Shown in pieces: positions 41,962 through 55,857 of a stretch of DNA of 64,000 nt. This DNA is from Octopus vulgaris (lineage: Eukaryota): positions 51,770,001 to 51,834,000 of the forward strand of contig OX597830.1 in assembly GCA_951406725.2 (NCBI GenBank), in the 5' to 3' direction. Made by a program: the position numbers and the translations under genes. Each line of letters begins with the position of its first letter. Positions within the stretch are counted from its first letter, which is position 1. The notes under the pieces were generated by a model that saw only the letters and a program-made list of their open reading frames with translations, was not told the DNA's origin and did no database searches.

Positions 41962-42008
41962 TCACCCGCGAGGGATCGATGCTAGTTGGGTCGAAACAAC
42001 TGTAGTGA
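41962..42008 (+). ncRNA. Decayed type I hammerhead motif
   Basis: TCAC-CCGCGA-GG-GATC..GGTC-GAAAC-AACT-GTA-GTGA: stem I perfect, core damaged. Confidence 0.5.
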
Positions 42009-42070
42009 ACAACAGAGATTCTCGCATCTTCCATCTTCCATCTCTCATTAATTATGCACACACGCACACA

Positions 42071-42117
<47 letters not shown>

Positions 42118-43744
42118 GGTCACAGACGTGGCTCTATGCTCACAAGCTTGCATCCTAACCACATGGTTTCATGTTCAGTCTCACAATGTGGCAACTTGGG
42201 CGAGTGTCTTCTACTATAGCCTCGGAATGTGCGTGTGTCTGTATCCGTGTTTATATATATGTGTGTGTGTTCTCTGTGTGTGTATTTGTTTGTCCCCCAC
42301 TACCACTTCGCAACCGGTGTTGTTTCGTTACTGTACCCCGTAACTTAGAGGTCCCGCAAAAGAGAGGGATAGAATAAGTACTTGGCATTAAAGAAAGAGT
42401 ACCTTAAGGGGGTGCCCCAGCAGGTAGTCCTCACAGATACATATATATCTTCATGGGACGGCATTCGCTAATCAACAAACGAAAGAGAACATGTCACCAT
42501 TATTATGAGTCGGCACCTATAATCATCATCACCACAGGAGCAACCCAGAACAGACTCAAGTATTACATTTTCGGGAAGATTCATTTGAATATTAACATGC
42601 TGTGTTCTTGAGAAGAATATGGTAAAGCAGAATCAAAGACCAAGTAACATTGGCATATTACAACCGGTCATCAGCCCTTTGAGTTATATTATCTTTCGCT
42701 AATTAGAATTATATGCCAGCAACCATGAATATTTAATGAAATAAAATACCAACTATTATAGTAATATCACTTTGTCCAGTAGGAATTACTTGTAGGAATA
42801 TTTGATAATTTAATCATAAGCTGATATATAACGGTAATTAAAATTACAACCAATTTCATTTCGTTTTAACAAGACTGCTTGCGAACAACAGCAGCTAAAT
42901 CGTGCTCAAATTATAGCGTTTCTTCTTGGAACCAAAAGGCATATTCGATAATGTGCTGCTAGATACACAGTATCAATGAAAATTATGAGATAGTCGTCAC
43001 AGGAAGATCATTTGTAATGATACTTATGAGAATTATAAGATAAATTATATGGATGTTTGGAGAAATACAGGGTTTTCTTGCCCAGTCTTACAGTTTGCAT
43101 ATGAAGAAAATAAATCACAATATTTCATCCAAAAATAAACGTGTTTTAAAAAAATTAGGAAATATCAACAACACTAGGGCCAGGAAATAACAGTAGCCGC
43201 ACTCAGCTTCATTCAAGGCCTCAAGATGGTTCCGGAATTTGAACACAGAACGTAAAGACGGGCGAAACGCTGCCGAGCATTCTGCCCGGCGTGATGACGA
43301 TTCTGGCAGCTCACCATCTTGTATTTAGCTATTAAAATTAAAGACGGAATAAATAAAGTGTGCAAGAATACACAGTGGACAATACGTTAGAAGAAATTCG
43401 GTTTTATCAAAATACTTGAAGCTTATCGGATGAAATAGCATTCCGTTTGACTGACATGGTTATATGTTATGCTATATCCAGCTGATATCAAACTGAAGCT
43501 GACACAGCGCTCACGGTATTAATATTTTGTACGGAATTTTCTCTTGTAATCTCTGGAATTATACTCGGAATTATTCCATTGCTATGTTGCTATGTTTATA
43601 TATATAATGTATTAGTGATATTAACGTTTTAGCATCGAAACCAATCGAAGATGAGGGCTGATTAGCTGATCGGTTAACCTTTCCCTTAAAAGATAAATAT
43701 ATTTGTGTTCTTATGTTTATATGCCTGTATGTCTATTTGCATTA

Positions 43745-43786
<42 letters not shown>

Positions 43787-43810
43787 TGTATATATATATG
43801 TGTATATATG

Positions 43811-43844
<34 letters not shown>

Positions 43845-44307
43845 TGAATGTATATAGACGTATACTTGCATATACATATTCATATATGTACATATGTATG
43901 TATGTATTTGTGTACATGTGTACACACGCATGGAAAAACGCACCCATAGTACACGCACAGTGCACACACACACTCACACACACATGAATATATTACTTAT
44001 ATGGAGTTTAACCTAATCAGTAACACATGAGGCCAGTGTTCTAAACCATCAAATAAATATTGTCACCCATAACTCTTCATAGGAAATGAAGACTACATCT
44101 ATACTCTGATTCATGTATTGATTTCTTTTTCTCCTCTTTCAAAACCATGACTTTCAAAAGCGTATGTACGTCACACACACATACACACATACACATTCAC
44201 ACACACATACACAACAACCCATAAAAATCATGGTATCCAATCGCAGGGTCTATGTTCCTAGTGTATACCAGCGTAAAGTTAAATGGAGATTCTAATGAAA
44301 GAGATAC

Positions 44308-45267
44308 TTCTGGAGGGTCATTAGTGAAACGTGTGGTCGAGCATTGTCATGAAGAATGATTGGCCCTCTTCTGTTGACAAGTCTGGGACGGAGGAGTAGA
44401 AGTCTTCCGTTCATTTTGGCAATTTCATGGCGATATGTTACAGCAGTAATGGTTTTCCCGGGTTTTAAGAAGTTATAGTGGATAAGTCCAGTAGTACACC
44501 ACCAAACAGTCACCATAAACTTCTTTTGAAGAACTCTGGTTTAGGGAAGGTTTTTGTTGCTTTATTTTGGTCCACCCACTGGGAAGAATCTTTTTTTATC
44601 ATTGTACAAATCCACTTTTCTTCGCAAATTACAATACCATTGTGAAAAGGATCCGTCTGTTTACGGAGAAGAAGCGATGAGCATATTTCATAGGGGGGCG
44701 ATTTCTGATTTTCATTCAAATCAAGTGGTACCGATTTGTGGAGCTTTTTTTGATTTTCCAGTCACATGTAAATGGCTGCCGACAGTTTTCTGGCTAACTT
44801 GAATTTCTTTTGCCAGTTCTTAAGTGGTTGTACGTGGATTTTTCTCAACGACTGCCTTTATTTGGCCATCGTCGATGACACATGGGCATCCATTATGCTC
44901 AGGATTTTCATGGCTCAGGTCTCCACTGCGAAATCGTTTAAATCCTTTTCGAGCTGACCACTCGCTGGTCATTTCCTCACCAAATGTTTCGTCGATATCG
45001 CAAGCAGATTCAGCTACTTCACGTTCTTTTTTGAAGTTGAATAACAAAATTGTTTGAATATTGCGCTTTGCCAGTTCTATTTCAGATGATTATAACAACG
45101 GTGAAAAATATCAATGTTAACTTTTTGATGTATTTCGGCAAGTCTATGTCTATATTATCAGACAATTACAAAAAAAAAGAAAATGTTTTAAAAGATTCAA
45201 AACTCAGCAAAAATCCGGTACAAATTCTTCATGGCTCAAAATGTTGCCTACTTTTTACTCAACCTAG
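44308..45267 (-). mobile_element. Decayed mariner transposon, 3'-truncated
   Basis: TIR-like (TA)CTAGGTTGAGTAAAAAG; HTH ..GFKRFRSGD..; IVICEEKWI; MVTVWW..GLIHYNFLKPG..ILHDNARPH. Confidence 0.9.
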
Positions 45268-45461
45268 TATACTGATTTCAAATTTTGGCACAAGACCAGC
45301 TATTTCGGGAGAGTGGGGTAAGTAGATTACATCAACCCCTCTGTTCAACTGGTATTTATTTTATCGATTCTGAAAGTTGACCGCGGCGGAATTTGAACTC
45401 AGACTGTGAAGACGATTCAGCTAGTTCGCCGTCTTACCTCACTCGATCACTCATATATATC

Positions 45462-45777
45462 TTTATTTATTTATGCGCCCTTTTCAAGCTTAGGCTGACT
45501 CATGGACCCGGTTTCCCGCTTTCTATGACGTATGTGCTCCCCCCCAGTTGGACTGGACGCCAGTCCATCGCAGCGTTACTCAAAAAACAGGAAGAAAGAG
45601 TGAGAGAAAGTTGGGGCGAAAGAGTACAACAGGGGTCGCCACAACCCCCTCCCGGAGCCTCGTGGAGCTTTAAGTGCTTTCGCTCAATAAACACACACAA
45701 TGCCCGGTCTGGGAATCGAAACCACGATCCTCTGACCGCGAGTCTGCTGCCCTAACCACTGGGCCATTGCGCCTCCA
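45462..45777 (-). mobile_element. SINE family C head with tail type 2
   Basis: Same head/body as 24052 up to CTTCCTGTTT, then unrelated 3' sequence. Confidence 0.8.
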
Positions 45778-46366
45778 CACTCGATATATATTGCTGATTA
45801 TCAAATCTAACTTCAATTGTGAAACCACACACACAATCGTAGAACACAGAAATGCATGAGTATTTATAAGTTTTAACTATCAGCAATAAAAACTCTTTGC
45901 CCACGCACAAAAGGCCTTCAGATTAAAGTAGAATAAATGTAAATCAGTGAAAGCTTGTAACCACACACTTGTGTAATGCAGGAAGTAAAAAACATATATG
46001 GGAATGTGTTTCGTGTTGGAGCACAGCACCACACCTACTGATATTGCACATAATGGACTGACACGTAAAACTTTCTCACATTGCGTTTGCTAATGCAATA
46101 CTTGTACGTAATCAGGGAGCAGCGGAGTGTTTCGTATGCGACCTGATAAATACACTAATGGAAAGAGAGGAAAAGAATGATCTAAAGTCAAAATTGATTT
46201 CGTACTTGGCGCGTCTGCATATGATTGTCCTTGTGCAGATACGCTGATAGAGATGTGCGCGCATGCGAATGTACACACACGCACACGCATACGCATAAGC
46301 ACACGCACTCACACACGCGCAGGTACACTCACGCACACACATAGACTGATCGATCAATCGATCGAT

Positions 46367-46821
<455 letters not shown>

Positions 46822-46824
46822 CAA

Positions 46825-47221
46825 GGTCAGCCATATTAAGATGGCTAGTATACTTTACGTTGTCGAGCGCTTAGTGTTTACATCTCGCTCAGAGATTTAT
46901 TATTGCTTTCAGACCGTTTTTCGAAATCAGTGACAGTGGTTACTGAAAAAACATTAAATAGATATACGCAAACAGGTCTCTCTTATCGAAAACCCGTGAT
47001 TAGCGTGTGTTGACAAGAGACAATAATCTCGAAACTGCAGTCCATGCGTATCACTTAGGTTTTCGAGAGGGGATGACTTCCCTTTGCGAATATCATTAAA
47101 GGGCACAGGATTGTGTCTAAAGCCAGCTGGAGACGATGATCTCCTGGGGCTAAGAAGCTACACTAACACCCCCACCCCTAGTGGTTAGCCATATTAAGAT
47201 GACTAGTATACTTTACCTTAT
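46825..47221 (+). mobile_element. Retrozyme-like unit 2: 358-bp period with 39-bp terminal direct repeat and intact hammerhead
   Basis: 46825-46863 repeated at 47183-47221; hammerhead at 46996-47054; homologous to 19967-20380. Confidence 0.78.
46996..47054 (+). ncRNA. Type I hammerhead ribozyme, U3-A8 core variant
   Basis: GTGAT-TA-GCGTGTG / TTGACAA / GAGA-CAATAA-TCTC / GAAAC-TGCA-GTC^ / CATGCGT-ATCAC; predicted cleavage after 47042. Confidence 0.8.
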
Positions 47222-47365
47222 ATAAATGCAGTTATGCAGAAATGCATTCCTATTTTGTATTTGTGTAACTTACTTATAAATGTTATAATCTCCAACTTTT
47301 ATTCTGAAACTTGTTTCTGTCATTAGACTGTGGTCATGCTGGGACACCAGACAGCCACTCCTGCG

Positions 47366-47418
<53 letters not shown>

Positions 47419-47822
47419 CTGTGTGTGTCCGGGTGTTTCTTTGTGTCTGTATTTCATCCCACGACCGCTTGACGACTGCTTAACTTTTTATATACTCATT
47501 TTCCTCGAGTTCACCAGTGTGTACAAGTGATTTCTGTATACTCTTGTTTCTGTCATTAGAATGTGGCCATGCTTGGGCACCGTCTTGAAGAATAGTTTTA
47601 GTCGGATGACTCGACCCCACGTATGTTTTTGATTTAAACGCTGTACTTATTCTATCAATCACTAATGTCCAGTATGTGTAGTGTGTTTGTTGAGCCGTTT
47701 GGACTCTAATTTCTAACAATACAGTGTACTATCTTGTACCCTGATTATAAATCAATAATTTCTCATTTTGGGCTTTTTATGTTTGTCAACCACTTATATT
47801 ATTTTTTTATTAACAATAAATT

Positions 47823-47888
<66 letters not shown>

Positions 47889-48274
47889 TTTTATTCCTTT
47901 ATGTTTTTACTTGTTCCGGTCATTTGACTGCGGCGATGCTGGAGCACCACCTTTAGTCTAGTACTTATTCTATCAGTCTCATCTACAGAACCACTAAGTT
48001 ACGGGGACGTAAACACACCAACATCGGTTGTCAAGTGATGGTGGGTTACAAACACAGACACAAATAGATACATACATATATGTACATATAATGTATATAC
48101 TTATACGACAGACTTGTTTCAGTTTCCGTCTACCAAATCCACCGACATGGCTTTGATCGTCCCAAGGCTATAGTAGAAGACACTTGCTCAAGTTAAAACG
48201 CAGTGTGATTGAACCCAGAATCATGTGGTTGGGAAACAAGATTCTTACCACACAACCTGCGCCTTACATAAGTA

Positions 48275-48488
48275 CAGGGTGGGCCAAAAGTAGATTTGCA
48301 GTTATTTAACTATCTCTTTCGCATTCATATATTAGCAGTTTAGATCTTAATTATAAAAGAATTATGAAACCATTATTCTATGCTAATTTAGGTAATTGTA
48401 AGAGAGAAATTTAAATGTAATAAAATGTGTTAAGAGAAATTTAAATTACCTAAGTGACAACTGTAAACCTACTTTGGGGGCCACCTTG
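48275..48488. mobile_element. Tc1/mariner-type MITE
   Basis: TA-CAGGGTGGGCCAAAAGTAGATTTGCAGTT / AACTGTAAACCTACTTTGGGGGCCACCTTG-TA. Confidence 0.75.
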
Positions 48489-48506
48489 TATGTTATATTA
48501 TGTATA

Positions 48507-48557
<51 letters not shown>

Positions 48558-48673
48558 CATACATACATACATACATACATACATACATACATACATACAT
48601 ACATACATGTACTTAGATAGATATATATGTACAGGAATATTTTTATATACATATATACGTTTATGTATGTATG

Positions 48674-48722
<49 letters not shown>

Positions 48723-49161
48723 CGAGTAAACACATAAATGTGAAACAAGGTGGAAAAAAGAGTACTCAAATACCAGTGGTAGAGTAATATGCTTGTATGA
48801 ATGTATGTATGTATGTATGTATGTATGTATGTATGCATGTATGTATGTATGTATGTATAAGTAAATAAATGGAGTTGAAGGCAGGTGTTATTCAAATTCT
48901 TTTACTTTCGACTGCACGTTAACCTGGAATTTTCTACCTTTGAATAGGTCGCGACATCCTTGTCACTTGCATGAATTTTGCTACCCTGGTGACTGTCTAT
49001 TGAATTTTCCATGTTAAATGTAAACAATGGATAATTCATTCATACATTGATATATATTGATATATATATATATATGTATAGGAATGAAAAGGAACACACG
49101 AGTTGATATATATGAAAAAACAAGTCAAGATAGAAAATGCTAAAATAATTTTATAATTAAC

Positions 49162-49207
49162 ATTTCAGTACCGGTTTCAGCCATTTTGAGACCTTTTCAA
49201 CTGTAAC
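49162..49207 (-). ncRNA. Minimal type I hammerhead, U3-A8 core variant
   Basis: GTTACAG / TTGAAAA / GGTC-TCAAAAT-GGCT / GAAACCGGTA^ / CTGAAAT; palindromic stem III ACCGGT. Confidence 0.68.
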
Positions 49208-49286
49208 GATTAAATAATTAAATTTAGAAAAATTAAAAGGAAAGATTTTTAAAAGAATATTTGTATAGTGTTCAAATATAAGTGGC

Positions 49287-49359
<73 letters not shown>

Positions 49360-49484
49360 CATACATACACACACACATTCATTCATATATAAATATACAT
49401 ATATATATATATATATATTACATATGTATATGAATATGGATATATATATATATATATGTGAGTATTACCTACGAATATGTGTGC

Positions 49485-49545
<61 letters not shown>

Positions 49546-50753
49546 ATTGTAATAAAACGACTGCAGATTCTACTCTCTCTTGTACTCATAAACGTAATCC
49601 TCGACAAGCCTCATCATTTCCAAAATAGTGATTCTTGAAATCGCAAACACAATTTGGCCGATGAGAGATATCACCCTGTGTGTCTAACCAATTTCCGGTA
49701 AGAAGAATTAGTTTGGCCAAAATATTTGTTAGGCTACATTTGCCCCAATGTGCGGATCAATAGTATCGAACTTGAAAACCGAGTTTTATATGTAATTTTT
49801 GTCACCATTCTTCTCTATCTACGTACACGACGTACAAGATTCAAATTCAATACAAATACACATTACACATCATATGTCATCTAAAAAGAATGCGGGAGAA
49901 TTTAATAGAATTACAAATTATGTTTGTATCTATTTTACATTAAAATGTCAAGCAGAGTTAGTTTTATGTGAAGTAAGGTTATTTTATCGTAATCCAACTG
50001 CAATCAAGTTAAGCCATGCCTAATACATGTCAGGACAGACTACTTATGAAAAAGTAAATAAGCTAAAAGAAAAAACATCGATTTCCAAATTTATTAGAAA
50101 AATATTTTAGCTCCATGGTAAAAAAAAAAAAAAAAGAAATGGTGGTGAAAGCAAAAATAGACTTCCGGTAGTGAGTAAATATTCAGAGAGACTTATTTCT
50201 GACATTAAGCTTGCGAATTAGCGTTAATGATTGCGCATTGGACTAAAAGCTTTATAGCATAAATCACACTGGCCTCAGTATTCTGGTTTCAAATTCTGCT
50301 GGAATCAGCTATGTCATTCTACCTTTAAGATACATATACGCTCGCGCATATACACGGTCGCAGGCCCTGCTGAAAATAACAGTCAAAGTATTTCTCGTAG
50401 CATACGGCATTGTTTTAGTGTTTACATATTCAATATTTTTGTATACTTTATATTATTTTACTTTACTCCCTCTCGGTAGTTTGAAAGACAGAAGTGAGAA
50501 ATCACTGGGAAGTTTTAAGCAGGGTGAAACCAATTGATTTTATCGTCTCACCAATTAGCTGAAAGCCATTTGATTTAATGGAGAATAAAAGTTTAGATCC
50601 AGAATAGGTCAAAATTTGTCGAACATATAGCTATGGGTGTGTATATAAACCCACATGTATGGCTATATGTCCATATACAGAGGAGATTTAGCTATGATCT
50701 CTGTATTTAAACTATGACTCTGATTTAAAACTATGACTCTGTATACAAATATA

Positions 50754-50790
<37 letters not shown>

Positions 50791-50984
50791 GGCTATGTAA
50801 TCATATACGTAGCTATATTATATGTATAAAAACAAATAAATACTCTTGGAAGTGTATACGAATGTATAGTCTGGGCTGTGTAAAGATATTTTGAACTCAT
50901 ATTGTATTGGCTATTAACAAAAATGACATTATTTAGGTAGCGTTAACCGAGGTGTAATTTCTCTGCAAAATATATGGAACGGTT

Positions 50985-51810
50985 TAGGTCTGGTGATTTC
51001 AAGCTGACTTGGCTTTGATATCAGATCTGGTAGATTAAGTTTCACTTGGTTTCAATTTTAGATCTGATGGATGAAAGACTAACTGGCTTTGACTTTAGAT
51101 ATGATGGATTAATTATTGACCTAGCTTTTATGTAACACCTGAAGGATTAACGCTCACTTGTCTTTCATCTAGGTATGTACCGTCAGTCATTACTCAAGGT
51201 AGGCAGTTGGTGAGCTTTATGTAGTAAAACACAAAAACTGTGAAGGCAGATTTATTTCTTCCTTTATAGCACGTAAAGAAAATGGTGTTGTAGAAGTGTA
51301 CGCAGCATGTGTACTACAATACTACAATGCGTAGCTTAAATACTGAGATTGAAAAGCAGGGGCGAATTATGCCTACCTATTCTACAAAACAAAAATATTT
51401 TGCATTTCATGCATAGTAATTACAGTAATCTTCCTAATTTTATTGACTTAGGTGCACATTTTGCCATAAATGGAAAATGCTGCTATCGATCTCTTCTATT
51501 CAAGGTAGGAGTGCCTACATTGCCTACATAGGCAGCACGTCCCTGCTTTCATCATCTATTTGATCTGGCTTTGATTTCCTTTTTAATCTGATGAATTAGC
51601 ACTGATTTGGTTTAGATGTCAGATCTGATGGATTAATGGCGATCTGTCTTTGATATTAGATCTGATGGATTAATGCTAACGTGACTTTGATTTTATATAT
51701 AGAGGATCAATGGTGATCTGGCTCTGATTTTAGATTTAATGAATTAACTATGACGTTGCTTTGATCTTTGATTTTATATCTAATGAATTACCGCTAACCT
51801 GGATTTAATC
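50985..51810. repeat. Degenerate ~37-bp minisatellite (AGATCTGATGGATTAATGCTGACTTGGCTTTGATTTT-like), interrupted at ~51175-51555
   Basis: About 5 units at 50985-51172 and about 6 at 51560-51810. Confidence 0.75.
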
Positions 51811-52339
51811 TACAACCCATGACTACCGCTAGAATACCGTTAGATTAGTTATCCGACTTAACACCACTCCTTGGGCCATAAGTGCCTTTAGCAGAGTCCA
51901 TTTCGTTAAATGCATTCAGACGAAGTCATCAGTCTAAAGATAGATCCTTTCTTTACATCCACTTGACTCCAAGAGTCTCGAAGAATGCGCATATAACATT
52001 GGTTCTTCATTCTTTCACTAAATTATAAACATCCATTTCATTTCATCTTTCAGGCAAAGCACATTTCGTCCAAAACCTCAGAAGGGCAAAAACTTTCACT
52101 GTTAGTAGATGCCAATAACTAGTAACTTTTATTAGTAAATTTTATTACCACTATTCTCGATACAGACCGTTTGTGAGTGTGATTCTGACATTGCATGAAA
52201 CCGTAATTATTTACCAATTTAAATTACCATACACATATTTCTTAATTAACAAGGATTTTTGTTTTGACAATGTTTTCGTCATATTAATTTCTCTTAGATT
52301 AACGAACTAATTAAAATACAAATATAAATAAATAAATAG

Positions 52340-52380
<41 letters not shown>

Positions 52381-52910
52381 AATAAATTGCAATAAAATTT
52401 TAACTGCGGCACTCGAAATATCGACAGTTTTCCGATATATATTTATAAATTGGAAATCGTTTGTTTTTAAATTTGTCTTTGTTGGAAATAAGCTATTGCT
52501 GTTTTTATTTCCTTCTTGTTTTTAGATATTCTTTTTCTTAGTTTTTTTCTTTGCTTCATTTTTTTTTTGTTTTTACGACTTGAAGCAGAAAGATAATTCA
52601 ACCGACTGATTAGAGACGAAACATTAAATTACTAGAATAATATTGTAAATTTCTCATTTTTTAAAGGCATGTTATAGCTCTGACTAATTCGATTAAGTTT
52701 AATTTTCCATTGATTTATATCGATAACAGATGGAAATGGCTATTTTCGAATACTAAGTTACTTTCATTTAAAAAATGTTTCAGATGAAAGCTAGGTATAT
52801 AATTGATGATGATGATGATGAGGAGGAGGAGGAGGAGGATAATATATACATGCATATATATATATATATATGTGTGTATGTATGTATATATATATATGTA
52901 TGTATATATA

Positions 52911-52956
<46 letters not shown>

Positions 52957-54097
52957 TATATATATATACATATATATACATATACAGATGTCTGTCATGC
53001 ATGTATATAGATATAGATATGTATGCATGTGTATATATATATATATATGGAGAGAGAGAGAGAGAGAGAGAAAGAAAGAGAGAGAGAGATCACTGCAGTT
53101 CATAACTGTTACTTTTACATCAAAAGGATGAAAGGCAAAGTCGATCTTGGTGTGATTTGAACAAAGGATGCAAAGAAGTGGATTGAATATATTGCGCAAA
53201 CGCATCTGGCACTCTATCACGTTGCCACCTTACAGCATCAAGTAGGATACCTGAAGATGAATGGCTACACAATAACTACAACAACAATGACAACATTAGT
53301 AGGAAATGAGGTGTGGAAATTTCTGCAGCGGTGGGGTAAACAGACACACTATATCTCCACCCGACATCTCCACCACGAGTAACTACTTGTTTGAAGCGTC
53401 CTTCATTTCCTGAATATCCTAATAACAAATGAAGCAAAAGAAAAACAACAATAATTATCATTACGACGATGAGGAGGAGGAGTAGGATGAGGAGGATAAG
53501 AAGAAGAAGAGAAGACGAAGAAGAAGAAGAAGAAGCAGAAGAAGAAGAAGAAGAAGAAGAAGAAGAAGAAGAAGAAGAAGAAGAAGAAGAAGAAGAAGAA
53601 GAAGAAGAAGAAGAAGAAGAAGAAGAAGAAGAAGAAGAAGAAGAAAAGAAGAAGAAGAAGAAGAAGAAGAAGAAGAAGAAAAAGAAGAAAAAGAAGAAGA
53701 AAAAGAAGAAGAAGAAGAAGAAGAAGAAGAAGAAGAAGAAAAAGAAAATAAGAAGAAGAAGAAAAAGAAGAAGAAAACGAAGAAGAAGAAGAAGAAGAAA
53801 AATTACCATTATGAGACTGTTATTCTTGTTCCATTCATTAAATAAGGCGAAATGTCAGGTCGTAATGAAGTGGAAAGCTCATGGGTATTGCAAACTATGG
53901 AATGGATAACATAAGAGAGGAAAGAAGAACCACAGTGCGAGCTGTATGTTTGGTAATAATAAAAATGGTTTCATTTATTTGCCAGCAGGGCGAAGGATGA
54001 GGGGAACAACACAAAGACAGACATAAAGTGTTGGGGTTTATATATAAGAAAATGATAAAATAATCGCATACGTAACAAAAAAAGTAAGTATACACGG

Positions 54098-55005
54098 TAC
54101 CTGGTCTGATCAATAAGTATCCGGACTGTTGCCATAGTAGCGAAGCTAAAGAACGAAGAGTAAGGCAACTAGGCAACGATTGACCGTGAACTCTGTTGTG
54201 CTTGCGCTCTAAATGTTAAGGTCCTAGCTTACTTTCGCTCTTTACAGCAGTGCTTGGAAGGAAGTTGTTTAGCGTGTGATCGTCGCATTGACCATGGTAG
54301 AGAAAGTTGTCATGGTGATACCGGCTCAGAATCCTACGCAAAATTGCAGAAAGTGTATGGAGAAGAGTGCATGAGCCGCACAAAAGTGTACGAGTGGTTC
54401 AGACGTTTCAAACATGGCCGAAAAGTTATCGATGTTGAGGAATGCTCTTGGAGACACGCAAGCAGCAGAACTGAGAAAGACATCGCAGATGTGCGTGCAG
54501 CTGTGAGGGGAAATCGTTAAATCACCATCCGTGAGTTATCAGAGGATGTGCAGATTAGTTCCGTTCTAGTTCAGTCCATTATCACTGAAACTTTGGGTAT
54601 GAGACGCGTGTCTGCCACGTTTGTGCCAAAACTGCATTTAGCTTACCAAAAAGACACTAGGGTTTCACTTGCAAAACATCTTGATTATGGTCGAGAATTA
54701 TTAGGAATTTTCGAAAAGTTTGCGAAGGCCTCTGAGCAGGTTTCAGGAAGCTTTTGGCAAAATTTGATGCAGATTCTCTGCTCAGCTTTCTCTGTCATGG
54801 TCAATGCGACGATTACACGCTACACACCTTCCTTCCTTCCTTCCTTCCTTCCAAGCACTGCTGTAAACAGAGGAAGTAAGCTAGAACGTTTAAACTTAGT
54901 GTGCATGCAGAGCCGACTTTAAGATCTCTGCGAAATGGCTTTACTCTGCGTGCTTTAGCTTCGTTGCTATGACACCATCCGGATACTTATTGATCAAACT
55001 ACTTA
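54098..55005 (+). mobile_element. Internally deleted mariner (irritans-like) with long TIRs
   Basis: TGATCAATAAGTATCCGGA..CGAAGCTAAAG / CTTTAGCTTCG..TCCGGATACTTATTGATCA; HTH LQKVYGEECMSRTKVYEWFRRFK, LGMRRVSATFVPKL; catalytic domain absent. Confidence 0.88.
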
Positions 55006-55620
55006 TACACTGAAAAGGAAATATACATAGTATATAAAGGTTAAAAAACAACAAAAACAACAATAACAATAATGGTTATTTATCTTATTAGTCAGAGGGG
55101 CAAAATGGGTACGACATTACAGGGATAGAGAACAATTTGTGTGGGGATTTGCATAAAGAATGCGAAGAAATAATTTTAAAATGTGAAATGTGATAAAAGT
55201 ATTCATAGTACACAAAGTATGTAATAAGAATGAATCAGTCCTTCTGATACAGGAAAAACTACAGACAAATCCCGACAAATCCAGGATTATTCTAACCACC
55301 AAAGGCATGAGCTCTCTCGGGGCCATTCACTCTAATCATTTTGCAACAGTCAACCATCTTTTCATATATTCACCGGGAGTTAGCACTTCCTGCTCCAACC
55401 TCACTTTGCTTTGCAAGTGAAACCTAAAAAATGTATCGATGAGAGTTTCAGCGAAGGGGAAAGTGTCATTATACAATCCTTTCAACCTCGCCCACCACAC
55501 AACCTCTTTTACCCAAAATTTTATCATTGAAAGCAAGGGCCCGAGATGGAAGCAACGCAAGGCCAAATACGAGAGAAAATACTGGAGAGTGAATTAGTAA
55601 CAACAGCAATACTTATAGTG

Positions 55621-55685
<65 letters not shown>

Positions 55686-55731
55686 TGTTGTTATTGTTGT
55701 TGTTGTTGCTGTTGCTGTTGTTGTTGTTATT

Positions 55732-55770
<39 letters not shown>

Positions 55771-55797
55771 ACGGCACCACCACTACTACCACCAGCA

Positions 55798-55832
<35 letters not shown>

Positions 55833-55857
55833 CATTATTATTATTATTATTATTGTT

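Noticed and set aside
47101-47185. Second ribozyme (twister/HDV-like) in the conserved 3' module of the retrozyme-like unit
   Set aside because: Could not place the required pseudoknots or catalytic residues by eye; needs a covariance-model search
50985-51810. CRISPR-like array
   Set aside because: Contiguous degenerate tandem units with no unique spacers; eukaryotic context, no cas genes
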